A stretch of 64,000 bases of DNA from Nostoc sp. DedSLP01 (GCA_034530875.2 JAVRCJ020000034.1:1-64000), one strand, 5' to 3'. Counted from the stretch's first letter, positions 19,849 through 30,453 are shown. Numbers and translations are program-made. Notes: generated by a model not told the origin, from the sequence alone.

Positions 19849-21177
19849 ATGGAACGCAATCCTATTTTCCGCGAGACTCGGTTGCGGCTAGCAACTTGGT
19901 ATGCCCTCGTCATGGGCGGTATTTTAGGGCTATCTGGTTTGGGTGTTTATAGTGTGGTTGCTCATGCTTATCATGAAACGATAGACCAAGGATTGCAATC
20001 AGTAACAGAGGCACTCCATAAAACTATTGAACCTGCTTGGCAACAACCAGGACATTTAGAGCAACTTGCTAAAGAACTGTCCTTAGAATTATGTATACCT
20101 AAAACAAACTGTTTGTCTAAAACAACTATTATTAAACATCCAATAGTCGAAGCAGCTAACTCTGTTAATTACTACATACACTTATTAGATCGTTCGGGAA
20201 AACTCTTTGCAAGTGCAGGTATACAATTGAATAATTTATCAGTGAGATCATCATCACAAAATTGGCAAATTTTAACAGATTCTTCTGGGACTCAATACCG
20301 CCAAATCACTTTACCTTTGCATACTCAAAACCAAGTTTCAGGTTATCTGCAAGTAGCACGGAGCCTCACTGATTTAGAGCAACATCTTGCTTATTTAAGA
20401 TTAACTTTATTGCTGGGATTGCCGATTTCGATGATTTTTGTTGCTTTGTCGAGTTGGTGGTTAGCAGGAAGGGCAATGCAGCCGATATATCATTCTTACC
20501 AACAAATGCAGCAATTTACTGCTGATGCTGCTCATGAGTTCCGCACACCTTTAGCAGCAATGCACTCTACCATTGAAGCTGCTATTAGGTTACAGCAAAA
20601 ACCAAAATTAAATGGTGAAATTTTAGATGTACTCAAACGCCAAAATCGTCGCTTATCGCAATTGGTAGGAGATTTGCTACTGTTGACAAGGATGGATCGA
20701 AAACAACTAACACAAGAATATCAATCTTGCTGTTTAAACGATTTAATTAGCGATTTAATTGAAGAATTAGCATTTTTGGCAGTAGAAAATCAGGTCATTC
20801 TCTCGAAACAGGTGAAAGTTGCCAAAAAACTCTATGTTATGGGCAATGAAGAACAGCTTTATCGTTTAATTTCTAACTTAATTATTAATGCAATTCAAGC
20901 AACGCCTAGTGGAGGAAAAGTCACTGTTTTTTTAGAAGATAGCGAACTTTGCGCCATTATCAAAATTCAAGATACAGGAGTTGGGATTGCTGTTGAACAT
21001 CAAAACCGAATATTCGATCGCTTCTATCGAGTCGATCGCAATCGCTCTCGTAGTTCTGGCGGTTCGGGTTTGGGATTGGCCATAGCTTTGGCCATCGTTC
21101 AAGCACACGAAGGCAGTATTCACGTTCAAAGTCAACCAGGGTTGGGCAGTACATTCACAGTTCGCCTGCCTCTTTAA
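19849..21177 (+). CDS. rppB: Sensor histidine kinase (RppB/NrsS-like)
   Basis: Two TM segments, FTADAAHEFRTPL H-box, N/G1/F/G2 boxes; directly follows the regulator. Confidence 0.88.
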   Translation: MERNPIFRETRLRLATWYALVMGGILGLSGLGVYSVVAHAYHETIDQGLQSVTEALHKTIEPAWQQPGHLEQLAKELSLELCIPKTNCLSKTTIIKHPIVEAANSVNYYIHLLDRSGKLFASAGIQLNNLSVRSSSQNWQILTDSSGTQYRQITLPLHTQNQVSGYLQVARSLTDLEQHLAYLRLTLLLGLPISMIFVALSSWWLAGRAMQPIYHSYQQMQQFTADAAHEFRTPLAAMHSTIEAAIRLQQKPKLNGEILDVLKRQNRRLSQLVGDLLLLTRMDRKQLTQEYQSCCLNDLISDLIEELAFLAVENQVILSKQVKVAKKLYVMGNEEQLYRLISNLIINAIQATPSGGKVTVFLEDSELCAIIKIQDTGVGIAVEHQNRIFDRFYRVDRNRSRSSGGSGLGLAIALAIVQAHEGSIHVQSQPGLGSTFTVRLPL

Positions 21178-21260
21178 TTAAGATTTAATAATCAATTTTC
21201 ACTATAAAGTGTTGGTGATTTGGGAATACTAACCCCAGAAATCACAAAAAAGTAGTCAGT

Positions 21261-24200
21261 ATGATCGGTACTCTTGTCAAGATTCCTGAATATAGCCTCA
21301 CAGAAGAACTCTACAATGGTTCAAGAACTTTAGTTTATCGGGGATATCGAGAGACAGACTCATTAGCTGTGGCGATTAAACTGCTGAAAAATCCTTATCC
21401 CAGCTTCAATGAACTGGTACAGTTTCGCAATCAATATACGATTGCTAAAAATCTTAACTCACCCTTAATTATTCAAACCTACAGCCTAGAAGCTTACCAA
21501 AATGGTTATGGGCTGGTAATGGAAGACTTTGGCGGAATTTCTCTGAAACAATGGATTTCTCAAAGAAAAACTGCACTATCTATCGGGGAATTTTTACAAC
21601 TAGCGATCGCTATGTGTAGCACTTTAGAAATACTCTATCATCAACGGATTATTCATAAAGATATTAAACCAAGCAATATATTAATAAATCCAGAAACTCA
21701 ACAAATTAAATTAATAGACTTTAGTATTGCATCTTTGCTACCGCGAGAAACTCAAACTCTCGTTAATCCTAACGTACTAGAAGGAACGCTAGCTTATATT
21801 TCTCCAGAACAAACCGGAAGAATGAACCGAGGAGTTGACTACCGCAGTGACTTTTATTCTTTAGGTGTTACTTTTTACGAATTACTCACTGGTGAATTAC
21901 CCTTCCAATCAAACGACCCGATGGAGTTGGTGCATTGCCATATTGCTAAAATGCCTACTCCTTTGGAAAATAAAAAAGAAATTCCCAAGGTAGTTTCAGA
22001 TATTGTGATGAAGTTGATGGCGAAAAATGTTGAAGACCGCTATCAAAGTGCATTAGGACTGAAGTTAGATTTAGAAAATTGTTTAAATCAACTCCAGTCA
22101 ACAGGCGAAATTAAGAGTTTTCCGATTGCTCAACGAGATGCGTGCGATCGCTTTATTATCTCCGATAAACTCTATGGTCGAGAAGTAGAAATAGAAACCC
22201 TTCTACAAGCCTTTGAAAGAGTTAGCCTTGGTGCAACAGAAATTGTATTAGTTGCAGGGTTTTCTGGAATTGGAAAAACAGCAGTAGTCAACGAAGTGCA
22301 TAAACCCATTGTGCGGCAACGCGGCTATTTTATCAAAGGCAAATACGACCAATTTCAACGTAATATACCCTTGAGTGCTTTTGTTGAAGCATTCCGAGAT
22401 TTAATCGGGCAATTATTAACAGAAAATAATGTCAAACTTCAGGAATGGAAAAATAAGATATTAGAAGCAGTTGGCGAAAACGGACAGGTCATTATTGAAG
22501 TAATTCCAGAATTATCAAAAATTATTGGTCAACAACCGCCCGTACCAGAATTATCAGGAATGGCGGCACAAAATCGCTTTAATTTATTATTCCAAAAATT
22601 TACCCAAGTTTTTACTAGTGCCGAACATCCATTAGTAATATTTTTAGATGATTTGCAATGGGCAGATTCGGCATCATTGATGTTGATGCAGTTATTAATG
22701 GCTGATACCAAACATCTTCTATTAATTGGAGCTTATCGGGATAACGAAGTTTCTCAATCGCATCCCTTAATGTTGACTTTGAATGATATTCAAACAACAA
22801 AAGCCACGATTAATACAATTACTTTAGCACCACTAGGTCAAGGTGAAGTTGAGCAATTAGTTAGCGATACACTCAAATGTCCAGAAAATTTGGCATTACC
22901 TCTGGCTCTACAGGTATATCAAGAAACTGAAGGTAATCCTTTTTTTGCTATACAATTTCTTAAAGCATTACACCAAGATGAATTAATTAAATTTAACTTG
23001 GAGTTAGGATATTGGTCATACAACATTACACAAACAAATCATCAAGCAATTGCAGATGATGTTGTGAAGTTTATGGTAGCTCAATTACAAAGACTGCCTC
23101 AATCAACTCAAAGAGCGTTGCAATTAGCCGCTTGTATTGGCAATCAATTTGACTTATCAACTTTGGCAATTGTCTTGGAAGAAACAGAAATTGAAACGGC
23201 AGCTAGTTTATGGAAAGCTTTGCAAGAAGGTTTAATTTTACCGATTAGTGATGTTTATAAATTTTATCAAGGAGACGCTCCTGATACAGTAGCTCAGTCA
23301 AATGAAAATCTCGGTAAACAACTAGCTAAATATAAATTTCTACACGATCGAGTTCAACAAGCTGCTTATTCTCTAATTCCCGATCGCCAAAAACAAGCAA
23401 CTCATCTCCAAATTGGACAATTGCTGTTGCAAAATTATTCCTTGGCAGAAAAAGAAGAAAAACTGTTTGATATTGTTGGGCATTTAAATCTAGGACAAGA
23501 GTTAATTACTGAATCGCAAGAGCGAGAAACCTTGGCTCAACTTAACTTAGCAGCAGGGAAAAAGGCTAAAAATTCTACTGCATACACCGCGGCCAGAGCC
23601 TATTTTCAGACTGGGATAGAACTGCTTACAACTAAATGCTGGCAAGAACAATATGAATTAACTTTAAATCTTTATGTTGCCGCCGCCGAAGCTAGCTATC
23701 TCAATGCTGACTTTGATGGGATGGAAAAAATAGCGCAACAGGTGTTGCAATCAGCCGAGAGTATTTTAGATAAAGTAAAAATTTACGAAATTCAAATTGC
23801 TGCCCAGACAGCCCAAACCAGACATTTAGAAGCGATCGCAGTGGGTAGAGATGCACTCTTACAATTGGGAGTGGCACTACCTATCGAACCAAATGATGCT
23901 GAGATTGGTAAAGCTCTACAAATTCTCGCCAGTCAACTAGCAGGTAAACGAATTGAAGAATTGATTGACTTACCAGTAATGAGCGATCTGCAAGCGCAAG
24001 CAGCCATGCAACTGTTAGGAATGTTGTTTGCTCCTGTTTTTCAAGGAATGCCGGGTTTATTGCCATTAATTAGCTCTACAATGGTCAGTTTATCTCTACA
24101 GTTTGGTAATGCGCCCGCCTCCACGGTGGGGTACGTGCTTCACGGTATGGTGCTGTGTGCCTTTTTAGGAGAAGTTGAGGCAGGCTATAGCTTTGGACAG

Positions 24201-26690
24201 TTGGCATTGCATTTACTAGAGCGTTTCAATCTGCCGGAATTAAAATCAACAATTTTAATTTTGTTTGGTGGTTTTATTCAGCATCGTCAAGAAAGCTTTT
24301 TGGCGACTATCCCGACGCTAAAAAATGGTTTTGCGTCTGGTATGGAAACTGGCGATTTTTTACACGCTGGTTACAATGTATGCTGTTATAGTTATGCAGG
24401 CTTTTGGAGTGGTACGGAACTCAGCAGTTTAGAACTAGACATCGCCCCTTACAATGCTGCCTTGACTAACGCCAAGCAACATTCTGCCCAAACTTATCTA
24501 AGTTTAATGCGGCAGGCGGCAGAAAACTTTAGGGAACCCCGAATTCAGCCGGATTGTTTGAGTGGCACTATCTATGATGAAACTGCAATGTTGCCCAAGC
24601 ACCGCCAAGCTAACGAACTGACGGTGATTGCCGAGCTTTATACCTACAAACTGTTGCTGGCTTATTCTTTTGGTAATTACAAAGCGGCAATAGATTATAT
24701 TGACGAAGGTAAGCAGTATTTACTGGCAGTATCAGGATTAATTTTTATACCGATTTCCTATTTCTATACAGCTCTGACATACTTGGCAGTATCTCGCACT
24801 CTACCAGAAATTGAAAAAGCCGAAATTCTCGCCCAAGTGGAAATCCATCAAAATTCTCTGCACCAATGGGCGCAATCTGCTCCTATGAATCATCTGCATA
24901 AATGGCATTTAGTTGAGGCAGAAAAACAACGAGTGTTGGGCAATAAAATCGAAGCAATTGAAAATTACGATCGCGCCATCTCCCTAGCTCATACCAACGG
25001 CTACATCCAAGAAGAAGCACTAAGCAATGAACTTTGCGCTCAATTTTACTTCGACTGGGGTAAAGAAAAGGTGGCTCAAGTATATATCCAGCAAGCATAT
25101 TACTGTTATGCTCGTTGGGGAGCAAAAGCTAAAGTTGTTGAAATTGAAAAACGTTATGCCTCATTACTAGCTCCTATTATCCAGCAGGCTTCTCCTGCTT
25201 TCTCAACTAACCAAACACTCTTCACTTTGGGGAATAATACCGCCATCACTTCCTATACTTCCAACAGTAGCAGCGTTTCTTCAGCTTTAGATTTAGGTAC
25301 TATTCTCAAAGCTTCTCAAACTATCTCCAGCGAAATTGAACTTGAAAAACTGCTATCATCATTGCTGCATATCGCGATTGAAAATGCTGGAGCAGATAAG
25401 TGCGTATTAATGTTGGTAGAGTCAGATAATTTATTGATTACGGCATTAGCCGAACTCAATGTTAGTGCTATTGAAGGCAAGGAAAATACAAAAGTCAAAT
25501 TTTCTTCAATGTTGCTTAACTCACAGCTTGTTGAAGAATCGAAGGATGTGCCAATTGGCTTAATTAACGCTGTCAAACGCACTTTAGAAGCAGTAGTAAT
25601 TGTGGATGCTAACGAACATTTGCAATTAATTAATGACCCCTATATTCAGCAACAGCAACCTAAAAGTATTTTATGCAGTCCAATACTAAATCAAGGAAAG
25701 TTGCTAGGCGTATTGTACCTAGAAAACAATGTCGCGGGTGGAGCATTTACTCACGATCGCGTTAAAGTACTTAATTTGCTGTGCGCCCAAGCCGCCATTT
25801 CATTGGAAAATGCCCGACTCTATCAACAAGCCGGGAAAGCACTAATTGATTTACAACAAGCCCAATTACAGATCATCCAAAGTGAAAAGATGTCTGCACT
25901 AGGTAATTTAGTGGCTGGGGTAGCGCACGAAATGAATAATCCCCTTGGTTTTATCGCTGCTAGCCTCAAACAAGCTAAACCTAGTATTAACGATTTGATC
26001 GAACACTTGAAACTATACGAGCAAAGTTTCCCCGCACCAGGAGATGAAATCAACGATCATGCCGAAGATATAGATTTAGAGTATACCTTAGAAGACTTAC
26101 CTAAAATAATTGACTCCATGAATATGGCGTGCGATCGCCTCAAGAATATTAGCACTAGTCTCCGCACTTTCTCTCGTGCCGATAAAGATTATAAAGTCCA
26201 GTTTAATATTCATAACGGTATTGATAGTACAATTCTAATTCTCAAACATCGCCTAAAAGCTAACGAACAACGTCCGGCGATTGAAGTTATCGCTGAGTAT
26301 GGAAATTTATCCCAGATACAATGCTTTCCCGGACAATTAAATCAGGTATTCATGAATATTCTTGCTAATGCGATTGATGCTTTAGAAGAATCAAATACTG
26401 GCAAGAACTTTACAGAAGTTCAAAGTAATCCTGGGTGCATTAAAATTACAACTTCGATTGAAGATACATCTGTAAAAATCTCAATTGCTGATAATGGAAA
26501 GGGAATGAGTGAATCCGTCAAACAGAAAATATTTGACCATCTATTTACTACCAAAGCTGTAGGAAAGGGGACTGGATTAGGACTGGCGATCGCTCGTCAA
26601 ATCGTCGAAGAAACTCATGGTGGAAAACTAAGTTGTAAATCTGTTCTGGGAGCAGGTACAGAATTTACGATTGAAATACCAATTGTCTAA
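21261..26690 (+). CDS. Multi-domain Ser/Thr kinase - AAA ATPase - TPR-like - GAF - histidine kinase (HstK family)
   Basis: HKDIKPSN, YISPEQTGR, Walker A GFSGIGKT, LDDLQWAD, GAF region, VAHEMNNP and GKGTGLGL motifs. Confidence 0.93.
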   Translation: MIGTLVKIPEYSLTEELYNGSRTLVYRGYRETDSLAVAIKLLKNPYPSFNELVQFRNQYTIAKNLNSPLIIQTYSLEAYQNGYGLVMEDFGGISLKQWISQRKTALSIGEFLQLAIAMCSTLEILYHQRIIHKDIKPSNILINPETQQIKLIDFSIASLLPRETQTLVNPNVLEGTLAYISPEQTGRMNRGVDYRSDFYSLGVTFYELLTGELPFQSNDPMELVHCHIAKMPTPLENKKEIPKVVSDIVMKLMAKNVEDRYQSALGLKLDLENCLNQLQSTGEIKSFPIAQRDACDRFIISDKLYGREVEIETLLQAFERVSLGATEIVLVAGFSGIGKTAVVNEVHKPIVRQRGYFIKGKYDQFQRNIPLSAFVEAFRDLIGQLLTENNVKLQEWKNKILEAVGENGQVIIEVIPELSKIIGQQPPVPELSGMAAQNRFNLLFQKFTQVFTSAEHPLVIFLDDLQWADSASLMLMQLLMADTKHLLLIGAYRDNEVSQSHPLMLTLNDIQTTKATINTITLAPLGQGEVEQLVSDTLKCPENLALPLALQVYQETEGNPFFAIQFLKALHQDELIKFNLELGYWSYNITQTNHQAIADDVVKFMVAQLQRLPQSTQRALQLAACIGNQFDLSTLAIVLEETEIETAASLWKALQEGLILPISDVYKFYQGDAPDTVAQSNENLGKQLAKYKFLHDRVQQAAYSLIPDRQKQATHLQIGQLLLQNYSLAEKEEKLFDIVGHLNLGQELITESQERETLAQLNLAAGKKAKNSTAYTAARAYFQTGIELLTTKCWQEQYELTLNLYVAAAEASYLNADFDGMEKIAQQVLQSAESILDKVKIYEIQIAAQTAQTRHLEAIAVGRDALLQLGVALPIEPNDAEIGKALQILASQLAGKRIEELIDLPVMSDLQAQAAMQLLGMLFAPVFQGMPGLLPLISSTMVSLSLQFGNAPASTVGYVLHGMVLCAFLGEVEAGYSFGQLALHLLERFNLPELKSTILILFGGFIQHRQESFLATIPTLKNGFASGMETGDFLHAGYNVCCYSYAGFWSGTELSSLELDIAPYNAALTNAKQHSAQTYLSLMRQAAENFREPRIQPDCLSGTIYDETAMLPKHRQANELTVIAELYTYKLLLAYSFGNYKAAIDYIDEGKQYLLAVSGLIFIPISYFYTALTYLAVSRTLPEIEKAEILAQVEIHQNSLHQWAQSAPMNHLHKWHLVEAEKQRVLGNKIEAIENYDRAISLAHTNGYIQEEALSNELCAQFYFDWGKEKVAQVYIQQAYYCYARWGAKAKVVEIEKRYASLLAPIIQQASPAFSTNQTLFTLGNNTAITSYTSNSSSVSSALDLGTILKASQTISSEIELEKLLSSLLHIAIENAGADKCVLMLVESDNLLITALAELNVSAIEGKENTKVKFSSMLLNSQLVEESKDVPIGLINAVKRTLEAVVIVDANEHLQLINDPYIQQQQPKSILCSPILNQGKLLGVLYLENNVAGGAFTHDRVKVLNLLCAQAAISLENARLYQQAGKALIDLQQAQLQIIQSEKMSALGNLVAGVAHEMNNPLGFIAASLKQAKPSINDLIEHLKLYEQSFPAPGDEINDHAEDIDLEYTLEDLPKIIDSMNMACDRLKNISTSLRTFSRADKDYKVQFNIHNGIDSTILILKHRLKANEQRPAIEVIAEYGNLSQIQCFPGQLNQVFMNILANAIDALEESNTGKNFTEVQSNPGCIKITTSIEDTSVKISIADNGKGMSESVKQKIFDHLFTTKAVGKGTGLGLAIARQIVEETHGGKLSCKSVLGAGTEFTIEIPIV

Positions 26691-26731
26691 TTCCTAAATT
26701 TTAGGGCGAATTCAACTAATTTACTCAACAG

Positions 26732-27706
26732 TTAATTAGTTGAATTCTGTAAAACCTCAGCGATCGCTTGGGAAATTGGTAAGCCAGGACAGCGTTCTAG
26801 CCAAAAGAACTCGCCAACTGGGTTAACTTCAAGGAATACATACCGACCATCAGGCGTCAAAATGATATCAATAGCTCCGTAGTTCAAGCGAAATTCTGCC
26901 ATGAGTTTGAGTAATTTATCTTCGACATCTTCAGGCAGAGTGTATGGTTCCCAAGCATCAAGTAAAGCGATTCCTTGTTTGCGCCAATCGTAACGCGCCT
27001 TATCCAAAGCTTGAGAATCAACCGCAGCCGTCATGACGCGTTTGCCTACAATAGTTGTCCGCAATTCTAATGCCTTGGGAATTTTCTCTTGAAATGTCAT
27101 TGGACAGAAACGTAAGCCATCAAGATTGTCTAAATCCTCCGATGAGATGGGATTTGTAAATACTACTTTTTCTTCTCCTTTTTCGTCATAAATAGCAAAG
27201 GAAGAGAGCATTTTTGTAATTATTCCCTGTTGGCATTCTTGGGCAAATTTTTTCACCGCAACGGGATTATTTGTAGTTAATGTTAGTGGAGTATCTAAAC
27301 CGACCTCTCGTGCTATTTGTAATTGCAATTGCTTATTGTCAGCTCGGCGAATATTTGGCACAGGGTCGAGATGAAAGCCTCTAATACTCGCAATCATTCC
27401 GTCAATGGTAACGCGAGATTCTTTGAGCGAAGCTTGTCTGAGTTGTATATCCATCGAATCGGGAATTCTTGAGCCAATGGCGATCCGGCGATACCAAACT
27501 GCTGATACTTCATTTAAATCTAATATTTGGTCATCGACGCTGATAGTAACTCGTTCGGTTTTCCCATAATAAACATCTAACTCGATTTCTGTAGGAAATC
27601 GGTCTGTGTCAAAACGAAATGCTTTTCCTCCTTGAGCTTCAATTGCCTGAATAACTAAAGGAATACTTTCGTTGTCTTGGCTGTGAGTAATGATTAAGAC
27701 GGTCAT
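26732..27706 (-). CDS. mdnC: Microviridin omega-ester ATP-grasp ligase (MdnC/MvdD family)
   Basis: MTVLIITHSQDNESIPLVI...FRFDTDRFPT N-terminus, DWRK and FLEVNPVGE motifs; ATG at 27706. Confidence 0.9.
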   Translation of the reverse strand: MTVLIITHSQDNESIPLVIQAIEAQGGKAFRFDTDRFPTEIELDVYYGKTERVTISVDDQILDLNEVSAVWYRRIAIGSRIPDSMDIQLRQASLKESRVTIDGMIASIRGFHLDPVPNIRRADNKQLQLQIAREVGLDTPLTLTTNNPVAVKKFAQECQQGIITKMLSSFAIYDEKGEEKVVFTNPISSEDLDNLDGLRFCPMTFQEKIPKALELRTTIVGKRVMTAAVDSQALDKARYDWRKQGIALLDAWEPYTLPEDVEDKLLKLMAEFRLNYGAIDIILTPDGRYVFLEVNPVGEFFWLERCPGLPISQAIAEVLQNSTN

Positions 27707-27783
27707 TTTAAGATGAAATAATTTACTTTTCAATTGGTTAAAAAGCAGTTTTATGAATAGATGATTCTGAATTATGGTTGCTC

Positions 27784-28776
27784 TTAATATTTAGGATTTT
27801 TTGCAAGTAATGCATCAGCGATCGCCTCTGCAATGGGATAATTTAAATCTCTCTCCAACATCCCCCATTCTCCGGTGGGATTAATTTCTAAAAATACATA
27901 TTCTCCTGATGGCGTTTTAATAAAATCAAATGCTCCAAATAACAATCCAAATTTTGCCATAAAAGCATCCAGACAACGGATTAATTTCTCAGGTAACTGA
28001 TATGGTTGCCAGGTCACAACTTCTTGTGTCCCGCGTCGCCAATCTTGGGTAGAATCTTCATATTCAGATGCATCTAGCGCCCCAACAAACAGATTACCAT
28101 TGACATAGACTGCACGTAATTCTAATTGTTTGGGAATTTGCTCTTGAAGCACAATTGGGCAATAACGGAGTGTTTCAGCATCAATTAAATCTTCTTCTTT
28201 CACAGCGCTAGTGTACATGAAAAAAGAAGAGGCTTCCATACTATAAGAAAGAGGTCTGAGCAACTTGGCAACCATTTTTTTGTTCGCTTGTGCAAAAAAC
28301 TCTCGTGCTTCTTGAGGATCGTTTGTGACGAGAGTCCGAGGTATGACAAGACCTACTTCCGATGCAATTCTCAGTTGGCGTAATTTGTTTTCCGCTGCAT
28401 CGATACGCTGCAAATCATCCACCCAGTTAGCTGTTCTGAGGCTATCCCAAAAGCCATCTAAGGCTGCAAGTGACTCATTAGAACAAGCTGCTTCAAATTT
28501 TGGAGCCAATTCTTTACCTAAATCGGGTTGCCAAATACGCCGCATCCATACTGCTTGTACTTGCTCGGTATTGAGGGAAGTTTCGCCGTATTTAAGTGTA
28601 TGATTACTGCCTGAGTTACTTAAATTAGCCTGGAGTTTAACTGCGATGGGAAATTTATCGGTATCAAGGCGAAATGGTCGTGCGCCTCGTTTTGATACAG
28701 CTTCAGCAACTCTATCTATTGTAAAGTAATCACCACTGTGGGTAATTAATAAAACTACATCGCGTTCAAGGTGCAT
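27784..28776 (-). CDS. mdnB: Microviridin omega-amide ATP-grasp ligase (MdnB/MvdC family)
   Basis: VVLLITHSGDYFTIDRV...FRLDTDKFP, DWRR and FLEINPTGEWGML motifs. Confidence 0.9.
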   Translation of the reverse strand: MHLERDVVLLITHSGDYFTIDRVAEAVSKRGARPFRLDTDKFPIAVKLQANLSNSGSNHTLKYGETSLNTEQVQAVWMRRIWQPDLGKELAPKFEAACSNESLAALDGFWDSLRTANWVDDLQRIDAAENKLRQLRIASEVGLVIPRTLVTNDPQEAREFFAQANKKMVAKLLRPLSYSMEASSFFMYTSAVKEEDLIDAETLRYCPIVLQEQIPKQLELRAVYVNGNLFVGALDASEYEDSTQDWRRGTQEVVTWQPYQLPEKLIRCLDAFMAKFGLLFGAFDFIKTPSGEYVFLEINPTGEWGMLERDLNYPIAEAIADALLAKNPKY

Positions 28777-28866
28777 AAATTATCTGAATTGGGTTTTTCG
28801 ATTTTCCTTATTGTCAACTATTGACGAAGCAAAGTATTAAAAAAACAAACTTAGTTTTAATGGGAA

Positions 28867-28889
28867 GCCAACCCCTAAATGGAGTTGGC
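28867..28889 (-). promoter_or_regulatory. Intra-operon RNA hairpin downstream of the precursor gene
   Basis: Minus-strand GCCAACUCC-AUUUA-GGGGUUGGC pairs fully, with one G-U, only on the coding strand. Confidence 0.5.
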
Positions 28890-28959
28890 AAAGCTAAAAG
28901 TATTTTATTATTGTGAGATTTTTTAAAATCGCACCTTTCTATGTACTTAGAAGTTGCAG

Positions 28960-29298
28960 TTAGCTTACAGCAGTTCCGCCGTCCTCATTATCCGAAGGGT
29001 ATTTCAGAGTAACAAATTGCTCATCATTATCGGATGGGTACTTTTTCGTTGCAACGACATCTTCTCGATCGGAAGGATACTTCAAAGTTTGGACAGGTTG
29101 ATCGGCCTTCTTGTGAGTTTGGATAGGTTGATCGGTCTTTTTGTTGGTTACAATGCACTTGATATCGCTAACTGATGTTCCACCGCTAATATCTTCCGAT
29201 TCTTCTTCTGATAGGTCTTCAATACCTTGCCCTTCTAAAAATCGGGCAAAGAATGGTACTGCTTGTGAATTAGCTTCTTCTGGTTTGTTTGCAGACAT
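28960..29298 (-). CDS. mdnA: Microviridin/graspetide precursor peptide, multi-core
   Basis: PFFARFL leader motif, ISGG double-glycine site, three TxKYPSD cores. Confidence 0.95.
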   Translation of the reverse strand: MSANKPEEANSQAVPFFARFLEGQGIEDLSEEESEDISGGTSVSDIKCIVTNKKTDQPIQTHKKADQPVQTLKYPSDREDVVATKKYPSDNDEQFVTLKYPSDNEDGGTAVS

Positions 29299-29920
29299 AA
29301 TTTTTTCTTAGGTAAACTAAAAGATAAATTTACACCGGTGCAAAGCGTACTACATAGTATGTAATATATCAAGTAATAATCTCAGATAAAACTATTTTTT
29401 AATCTTACGTAAAAATACTTTGCATTTATTTGGAAATGCAGCAATTAATTGAGTAATTCTTGTTAATTAATTTTCTACGGCAAAAGAAAAATTCTTTTTT
29501 ACAGTATAGCTTAATATTACGGGACTAATTTGCGATCGCCTGTGTTCGAGAAGCTCTCGTATCGGGGCAAAGCTATAATATTGCAAGTTTAGAACATGGC
29601 ATCTAAAGCTATATATTTAATGCCATTACAGTCAAGTCTACAAACTAATCGATAAACTACCTAAAGCACTTTTCCCCAGCATTATCTACTGAATATAAAG
29701 AATACCAAGGAGTAATTTTTACAAATAAGTTTCCAAATCAAAGCAAATTAGTATAGGGTTTGTATACACAGTTTAACTTAATTAGCAATCATCCATAAGA
29801 ATGAAATTTGAATATAGAATTTTATTGATAATTAAGTTTAAAAAACTGTAAAATTGAAAGTTTGGCAATTTTAAAGTGTTTTAATAAAGTTATTAGCGAA
29901 AATTTTAGAGAAGCAAAAAC

Positions 29921-30373
29921 ATGAAAGGTTTCAGGAAGCTATCCTCGATAGCACTAATTCTATTTGCCTTTGTGTGTCCGCCCTCGTTAGCACAAGCGAA
30001 AGATATTTCTCTAAGTAACGGTCTTAACGAACAAACTGCGGCCTCAGAGCCTAACCTAGTTGAAAATCAAAAGCCAGAGCTTTTAATTGCTCAAAGGTAT
30101 TCAGGACGATATCGTGTAATCCAACGACGCGATCCTTTCGGACGAGTTCAGATAATCCGACAACGGGATGGTTTCAGACGATACGACAATATTCGAGGAC
30201 GCGATCCTTTCGGACGATATTATGAGAATATTCGAGGACGCGATGGTTCTGAACGCTTCCAAAATAGACGACGGGAGCGTTTCGAGCGATTCCAAAATAG
30301 ACGAGAACGCCAGATCAGACGCGAACGCGAGTTGAGAAGACGACAACGAGAGTATAGGCGTCAATGGTATTAG
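29921..30373 (+). CDS. Secreted Arg-rich repeat protein
   Basis: Sec signal ending AQA, LLIAQ motif, RDPFGR/RDG repeats; 33 Arg in the last 92 aa. Confidence 0.75.
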   Translation: MKGFRKLSSIALILFAFVCPPSLAQAKDISLSNGLNEQTAASEPNLVENQKPELLIAQRYSGRYRVIQRRDPFGRVQIIRQRDGFRRYDNIRGRDPFGRYYENIRGRDGSERFQNRRRERFERFQNRRERQIRRERELRRRQREYRRQWY

Positions 30374-30453
30374 TCATTAGTCCTTGGTCATTGGTCATTA
30401 GTATTATTGAACACAAAAAATTGTGTATAAATACTAATGACTAATGAATCGAA

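Noticed and set aside
21261..26690. HstK-type kinase as a dedicated regulator of the microviridin cluster
   Set aside because: Merely convergent; this family has many paralogues in Nostocales and nothing in the sequence links the two
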